A DNA stretch of 64,000 nt from Pirellulales bacterium (GTDB lineage: Bacteria > Planctomycetota > Planctomycetia > Pirellulales > PALSA-1355): the NCBI GenBank assembly GCA_963733035.1, contig CAVTBU010000005.1, positions 2,464,001-2,528,000 on the forward strand. Direction: 5' to 3'. Numbering within the stretch: position 1 is the first letter of the stretch; each line of letters opens with the position of its first letter. Below, in pieces: positions 59,085 to 64,000 of this stretch. The position numbers and the translations under genes are program-made. The notes under the pieces are model-generated. The model made no database searches, had not been told where the DNA came from, and saw only the letters and a list, made by a program, of their open reading frames with translations.

Positions 59085-59879
59085 CTACTCCAGCGGAATC
59101 TCCGTGCCGTCGACCTTTTTGATATACGGCTTGCGCACTTGCTTCCCCTCGGCCGCCTTGATCTGGCGCACCCAGATGTTCCGGAACCGCGTCGGGTTGC
59201 CGTGATCCTGCAAGCGAATTGGCAACCGGTCGGCATGCTTGGTGTACTCCGGCGGCCTGTCATACGGCGTGTCTCCCTTCAGCGCGAAATGATTCAGGAT
59301 CAACACCCCGTTTTGCAGCGCCGTGATGTAGGCCGGCGACTTGAGCGATCCGTCGTCGTTGAACCGCGGCGACGTCCAGATTACGTCGTACACGTTCCAC
59401 GTCCCCGGCGGTTTCATGGCGTTCACCTCGGGCGGCGTTTGCTTGTAGATGGCCCCCGCCTGTCCGTCGAAGTATGTTTTGTTGTTGTACGAATCGAGCA
59501 CTTGCAGCTCGTACGTGTCCATGAAAAAGACGCCGCTGTTCCCCCGTCCCTGTCCGATCCCTCTGGCCGGTGTCGGTGACGACCACTCGATGTGCAGCTG
59601 GCAATCGCCGAATCCCTCCTTGGTTCGGATGTCTCCCTTCCCACACACCATCGCCCCGTCTTCGATCTTCCAGTTCTCGGCACCATTCCAGGCCGAGAAA
59701 TCCTTCCCGTCGAACAGCACCACCGCATCCGACGGCGGCCCACCATTCTCTCCCGGCGTCACCACCGCCGGCTGTTGCCACTCGATCCCGTTAAGATATT
59801 CGTCGCCGCGCGCCGGCAACACGGCACAGGTGAGGAGCAATGGAGCGAACAAACCGATCGGCCAGAGTTGTATCTTCAT
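59085..59879 (-). CDS. DUF1080 (3-keto-disaccharide hydrolase-like) protein
   Basis: PPSDAVVLFDGKD, FGDCQLHIEW, GNSGVF, YELQVLDS and LQDHGNPTRFRNIW. Confidence 0.93.
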   Translation of the reverse strand: MKIQLWPIGLFAPLLLTCAVLPARGDEYLNGIEWQQPAVVTPGENGGPPSDAVVLFDGKDFSAWNGAENWKIEDGAMVCGKGDIRTKEGFGDCQLHIEWSSPTPARGIGQGRGNSGVFFMDTYELQVLDSYNNKTYFDGQAGAIYKQTPPEVNAMKPPGTWNVYDVIWTSPRFNDDGSLKSPAYITALQNGVLILNHFALKGDTPYDRPPEYTKHADRLPIRLQDHGNPTRFRNIWVRQIKAAEGKQVRKPYIKKVDGTEIPLE

Positions 59880-60262
59880 GGGTGTGGTTCCTGGATGGAG
59901 CGAGTGGTTCAATGGGTACCGCGAGTGACAACGCCAACATTGTATCCAAACTCGCCGGGCCTTGCGGGCACTGAAAACGAAGTCGCCACGGGCGGCGGTG
60001 CCGATTGCACATGGCCGACCCGCCGCTTTTGCCACTTCGCACGCCACGCCCCGGAGCCTCGACCGAATGGGCGAACGCCGGCGCCCGCGGCACCGGCAAG
60101 GCACCGCGGCTCGCGCAATCGGTCGATGTGAACGGAAGCAGGGTCGCTCTGAACTTCCCGATCCAGAATACGTTCCGAGAGTCGTTCGCAGCCCAAGAGA
60201 CTCAACGAGGTCGCGGCCGCCAGCACGAAATCGCGAGGAGCAAACGAGGTCGGCTTTGACGT

Positions 60263-61066
60263 CTATTCGCCCAGGACCGCCCGGTGCCGCGCCCGCCGAC
60301 GAGACATCAGCGCAATCATACCGGCCGCGCCGAGCAGACCCAGCGTTGCCGCGCCCGGCTCGGGCGTGATGGTGAGGTTGAAGTTCTCGAAGCCGGCGCG
60401 GGACGTGCCGGTCTGCACCTCGTTGACCACGAGTTCGGACAGCTCGAACGTATAGTCGGCGTAATCACCGAGTAGAATGTTTTCGTGGTCGACGAACGAG
60501 CCGTTGTTGAGGGATTCCCAGATGGTGTCGACCTGTGACTCGCCGTGGTACTGCTGCAGCAACCGCATGCCGTACAGAGCCGGATTGCTCCCCACGTTGT
60601 CGCTGATGAATTGCGTGGTCGCGATCATTTCGACCTGCTCGCCGGGGTCGGGCGTGAACTCGATATGCAGCGAGTAGTACGCGGCGCCGTTGCCGAGCGT
60701 GCCGCCGGGCGTAATATCCCGCTCGACCACGGCGCTGCCGGATCCGGTGATCACGACGCCGCCCTGGCTGAAATCATAATTCAAGTCCATGGTACCGATC
60801 GCACTAACCGAACTCCCCTCGGGATTGGTTTGCACCTTGTGCGCCTGGTTGAAGTAATTGCCGGACGTGGTGGGCAGGCCAAAGCTGTTGGGCGACAACT
60901 CGGTGACATCGCCCGGATTGCCACCGCTGATCGCCGACGTCACCTGCTGAAAGATCGAGGTGATCTGCACCGCCTCTGCCGGCCGCGATACGCCGGTCAT
61001 CAACATCGTCGCCGCGGCGCACCGCAGGACGCGCGCACCGCGGCCCGATCTGGAATCCAGGCCCAT
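60263..61066 (-). CDS. PEP-CTERM sorting domain protein
   Basis: Signal peptide; C-terminal TPEPGAATLGLLGAAGMIALMSRRRAR; GGAGG RBS. Confidence 0.85.
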   Translation of the reverse strand: MGLDSRSGRGARVLRCAAATMLMTGVSRPAEAVQITSIFQQVTSAISGGNPGDVTELSPNSFGLPTTSGNYFNQAHKVQTNPEGSSVSAIGTMDLNYDFSQGGVVITGSGSAVVERDITPGGTLGNGAAYYSLHIEFTPDPGEQVEMIATTQFISDNVGSNPALYGMRLLQQYHGESQVDTIWESLNNGSFVDHENILLGDYADYTFELSELVVNEVQTGTSRAGFENFNLTITPEPGAATLGLLGAAGMIALMSRRRARHRAVLGE

Positions 61067-61139
61067 CGGTTCGCCCTCCTGCATTTGTTGAAAGCTCAAG
61101 TGTCCGACCGGATTATACGACTTCAGGCTGCCACGTCCA

Positions 61140-62102
61140 TCAATCTCCTCGACAGCATCGTCGTCTGATGGCTCGGTGCCGCGCCCAGACACGGCAACCG
61201 TCCCACCGACCGCGGACGGCGGTGCCGATCAGCACGAAAACCGCCGAACCGCACAGCGCGATCCCGCCCGGCTCGGGAACCGGGTTCATCAGGTTCAACC
61301 CTGCCGTATCGATGTAAACGTCGTCTACGTAGACGGGGCCGACGTTTTCGGTGGGATTGGGTGGTTGGTTGCTCGTATTGCGGCCGGTGGCAATAAAGAA
61401 CGTCAACAGATCGTTGTTGGCCACGCCGTTGCGAAACAGGAATGTCGTGTCGCCCTGGTAATCGAGCCGGGTCTGGATCGTAAAACCACCGCCTTGCATA
61501 AAAAGCTGGGTGGTGTCGTTGGCATTGTCGATCACCATCCAGACGTTGTACCAGTCGAGCGGCGACACGTTTGTGGCTAAGACTCTGGAACTGCCGCCAT
61601 CGCGCATGGCGACGTCATCGGCACCGGGGGTAAAGGACAAGGTGAACTGACTTTCGAACTGCGTAAACGAGTTGAAGATCACGTCGCTGATTGGATTGGC
61701 CACGTCGCTCATGCCGAGCGATGTGTCGACCTGACTGATGTCCCAAGCGACGCGAAAAAACAGCGTTGCCGTACTTCCTTGCACGACGCGCAGCGCCGGA
61801 TCGGTGTTGATCGTTTCGCGGTGCCCCAAGCGGCCGCTGGTGAAACCGCCGTCCCCAATGTTCATGACCCGATTGTTCGGGCTTGGCGGATCGGCCGAGA
61901 CGCCCGCCGCCACCGGATTCGCGCCCGCCTCGGCCTGCCAGTAACCTTGGCCATCGATGGCGCTGCCGACCGAGTAGCCCTCGAAGTCGTCAATCAACGT
62001 AAACCCCGCCGTCGCCGTTTCGACAAGACAGCCGCCAACGACAACCGCGGCGAGGGCGGCTATCCGAAGCGCGGCGCGTGGTGCACGGCAAACTGATTCC
62101 AT
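61140..62102 (-). CDS. PEP-CTERM sorting domain protein
   Basis: GGAGG RBS and signal peptide, IDDFEGY...VYVDDVYID, then VPEPGGIALCGSAVFVLIG with a basic tail. Confidence 0.85.
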   Translation of the reverse strand: MESVCRAPRAALRIAALAAVVVGGCLVETATAGFTLIDDFEGYSVGSAIDGQGYWQAEAGANPVAAGVSADPPSPNNRVMNIGDGGFTSGRLGHRETINTDPALRVVQGSTATLFFRVAWDISQVDTSLGMSDVANPISDVIFNSFTQFESQFTLSFTPGADDVAMRDGGSSRVLATNVSPLDWYNVWMVIDNANDTTQLFMQGGGFTIQTRLDYQGDTTFLFRNGVANNDLLTFFIATGRNTSNQPPNPTENVGPVYVDDVYIDTAGLNLMNPVPEPGGIALCGSAVFVLIGTAVRGRWDGCRVWARHRAIRRRCCRGD

Positions 62103-62188
62103 CGTGAGCCTCCGTTATTTAGTTGTTCCGATATCTCGTGAACTCCTTGCGCAACCATCCCACTTCAACTCGCCGCAGCGTTCGGCCA

Positions 62189-62213
62189 AACTAAAGGGGG
62201 ACGGGAGTCTTTT
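62189..62213 (+). repeat. REP-like element, family B (left end of an inverted pair)
   Basis: AACTAAAGGGGGACGGGAGTCTTTT; inverted match to 63808-63821. Confidence 0.7.
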
Positions 62214-62329
62214 CTACAACAAACAGCCGGCGGACTGAGCCGCTCGTAGAATGCTGCGATGCTCGACATGCACGCGCTTCGGCCCGGTCCTTGCCTCGCC
62301 ACACTCCCCCGACAAGATCGCGGCGCCAG

Positions 62330-63548
62330 TCAATTGGCAGCGGACTCCTGCTCTAGTTTCTCCGCCAGGGTTTGTGTATCGCCCTGGATGAGTTTCCCTG
62401 CGGGGTCGATTAATAGCACTTTCGGGAGTCCAGGCAGACCAAAACGCTCCCACGTCTTGAACGTGTTGTCGAGAAGAACCGGAAAGGGAAGCGTCTTGCC
62501 ATTCCAGACGTGCTCCACGATCGGTTGAATCGCCCGATCCAACTCGGCCAGTGACTCCATTTCACCTTCGGGATCGACATAGAAAGCGATGATCTCGAAG
62601 CGATCGCGCCGGTCGGCGTGCTCGTCATAAAATCTCATCAATTCCGGCAACGTTCGCTTCAAGCATGGCGCAGTCCAAAGACCAAAAATCCAACAGCACC
62701 CATTTGCCTTTAAAATCCGAGAGCCGAACGTCGTTGCCGACGCCCCGCGCGTCGGTCACGTGCCAGTCGGGCGGCGTCTGGCCGTAGCGCTTGGTGTAAT
62801 CGCCGAACCTCCCCTGGGCTTGCGATGCCTTGCGCAACGCGTGGATCGAATTCCAACGCGCAAGCTCGATCACGCCCAGGTCCACGTCGGGCGTGTCGGC
62901 CTCGAGAACCAGATCGCGGCCCAGGCGCCCCTCGAAATCCCCATCGTAGGCGTCGATCCGGTAGCGCCCCGGCGGCAGCGATAGCAAGAACCGCGCCTCG
63001 TTCGAGGCGCAGTTGGCAAGACGGCGCACGTCGAGCGGCCGCGTCGAGTCATAGGGCGTCTCGATGTAGACGTTCGTCCAATGAGGGCGCACGCCCTTGC
63101 CGGGCCCCTCAATCGAGCCACGAACCCGAATCAATAGGCCGAGCCGGATTTCGACGGATGCCATTGGATCGGAGTTCGGGATAACCGCCAGCCCGCCGCG
63201 TTGCCGGCCAGCGTCCATGGCCATTAAAGTCGGAAACGCGTCGTCCACGTTTGCGATCACAAAACGGCCCTGGCTGTCTGATTTGACAGAGTTGGGTGCG
63301 CCTGGTGCCATCTCTCCCAAGTGACGCGGACCAAACAATTCTTGGCGAACCTGTTCGTCGTTGAGGTCGGCGGGCTTGCCGCCCTGGCTCCAAAACGGAC
63401 CGTTGGCGTTCCAATAATAACAGACATCAACGTCGGACACGGGCTGACCCCTTTCGTCGAAGACCGTTCCGCGAACCTCACGCGCCACCACCCGAACGCA
63501 AATCAAAGCAATCGCGATCGACAAAGCGGTGTAAGTCAAGCATCGCAT
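62330..63548 (-). CDS. Exported TlpA-like thioredoxin with carboxypeptidase-regulatory-like N-terminal domains; apparent frameshift at about 62667
   Basis: VRGTVFDERGQPV, LSLPPGRY and LSDFKGKWVLLDFW. Adding one base restores DFWSLDCAPCLKRTLPEL, continuing into ORF 62330..62662. Confidence 0.85.
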
Positions 63549-63741
63549 GAGATGCCCCCTCGTAAGAATCCGGTCCGTCACACTTGGATGAACGATAGCC
63601 GGTCGAGAATCTTCTCCGCAACAATTTCCGCTGGGCTGGGCCGCTGGCAGGGTGCGGCGAGGCCTCGACGTGCATGAGGTTCGGTTGGCCGATACGGGTA
63701 TCACCATCCAATTGGCCGACTCGCAAGCCATCGCCGAAAGC

Positions 63742-63821
63742 ATCCGCCCCCGCGGCCGCCCCAAGAAGAGACCCGGCGACTGCCCCCGAAGTACCGGAAC
63801 AGGTTTGCGTCCCCTTTAGTT
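63742..63821 (+). mobile_element. RAYT-like 3' remnant plus family B REP-like element (right end of the inverted pair)
   Basis: Translates IRPRGRPKK (compare LRPRGRPKK in the intact RAYT), followed by AGGTTTGCGTCCCCTTTAGTT. Confidence 0.6.
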
Positions 63822-64000
63822 ACCCCCCAACGCCGGAATCTCCGCTTGATGGCGCTAACGCACAACATCATGATTCTGTTACGCGTCGAAGTTTTCTACT
63901 GAACCGATCGGCCACTTTTCCGTCTTCATGCGTCTGGTTCCTGGATGGAGCAAGTGGTTCAAAGGGTGAGAGCGAGCGACAACGCCACCATCGTATCTAA

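Overview
GC-rich bacterial DNA with the hallmarks of a planctomycete, probably Pirellulales: a DUF1501 gene, BlaI/M56 pair, SHD1-thioredoxin, four proteins with an LExRxLL N-terminal motif, a DUF1080 gene and PEP-CTERM proteins. The lineage call is an inference from gene families. About eleven genes are split by apparent single-base frameshifts, most likely long-read or assembly indels. Gene content: GT2 fragment, GH15 glucoamylase, TPR protein, BlaI-M56 pair with a visible operator, a Tat-exported xanthine-dehydrogenase-family (PaoABC-like) operon, three large surface proteins sharing a C-terminal module, thiS-thiG, hisF-pilT-gspE-like-cvpA, a REP-associated tyrosine transposase (RAYT), DinG, a nucleoside uptake/salvage cluster, a di-haem cytochrome c and a run of accessory genes. 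Three signals stand out. (1) A RAYT/REP system whose palindromic repeats bracket whole genes: a thioredoxin sits between direct repeats behind the intact RAYT, a second thioredoxin sits inside an inverted-repeat unit retaining only a RAYT-like tail, and related degenerate repeats follow an orphan gene. (2) A molybdoenzyme whose N-terminal [2Fe-2S] ligands are all replaced (three Cys to Ser, one Cys to Asn), followed by a small Cys/His-rich gene. (3) A membrane-anchored GspE-like protein with broken Walker motifs, translationally coupled to pilT. No rRNA, tRNA or CRISPR array was seen.
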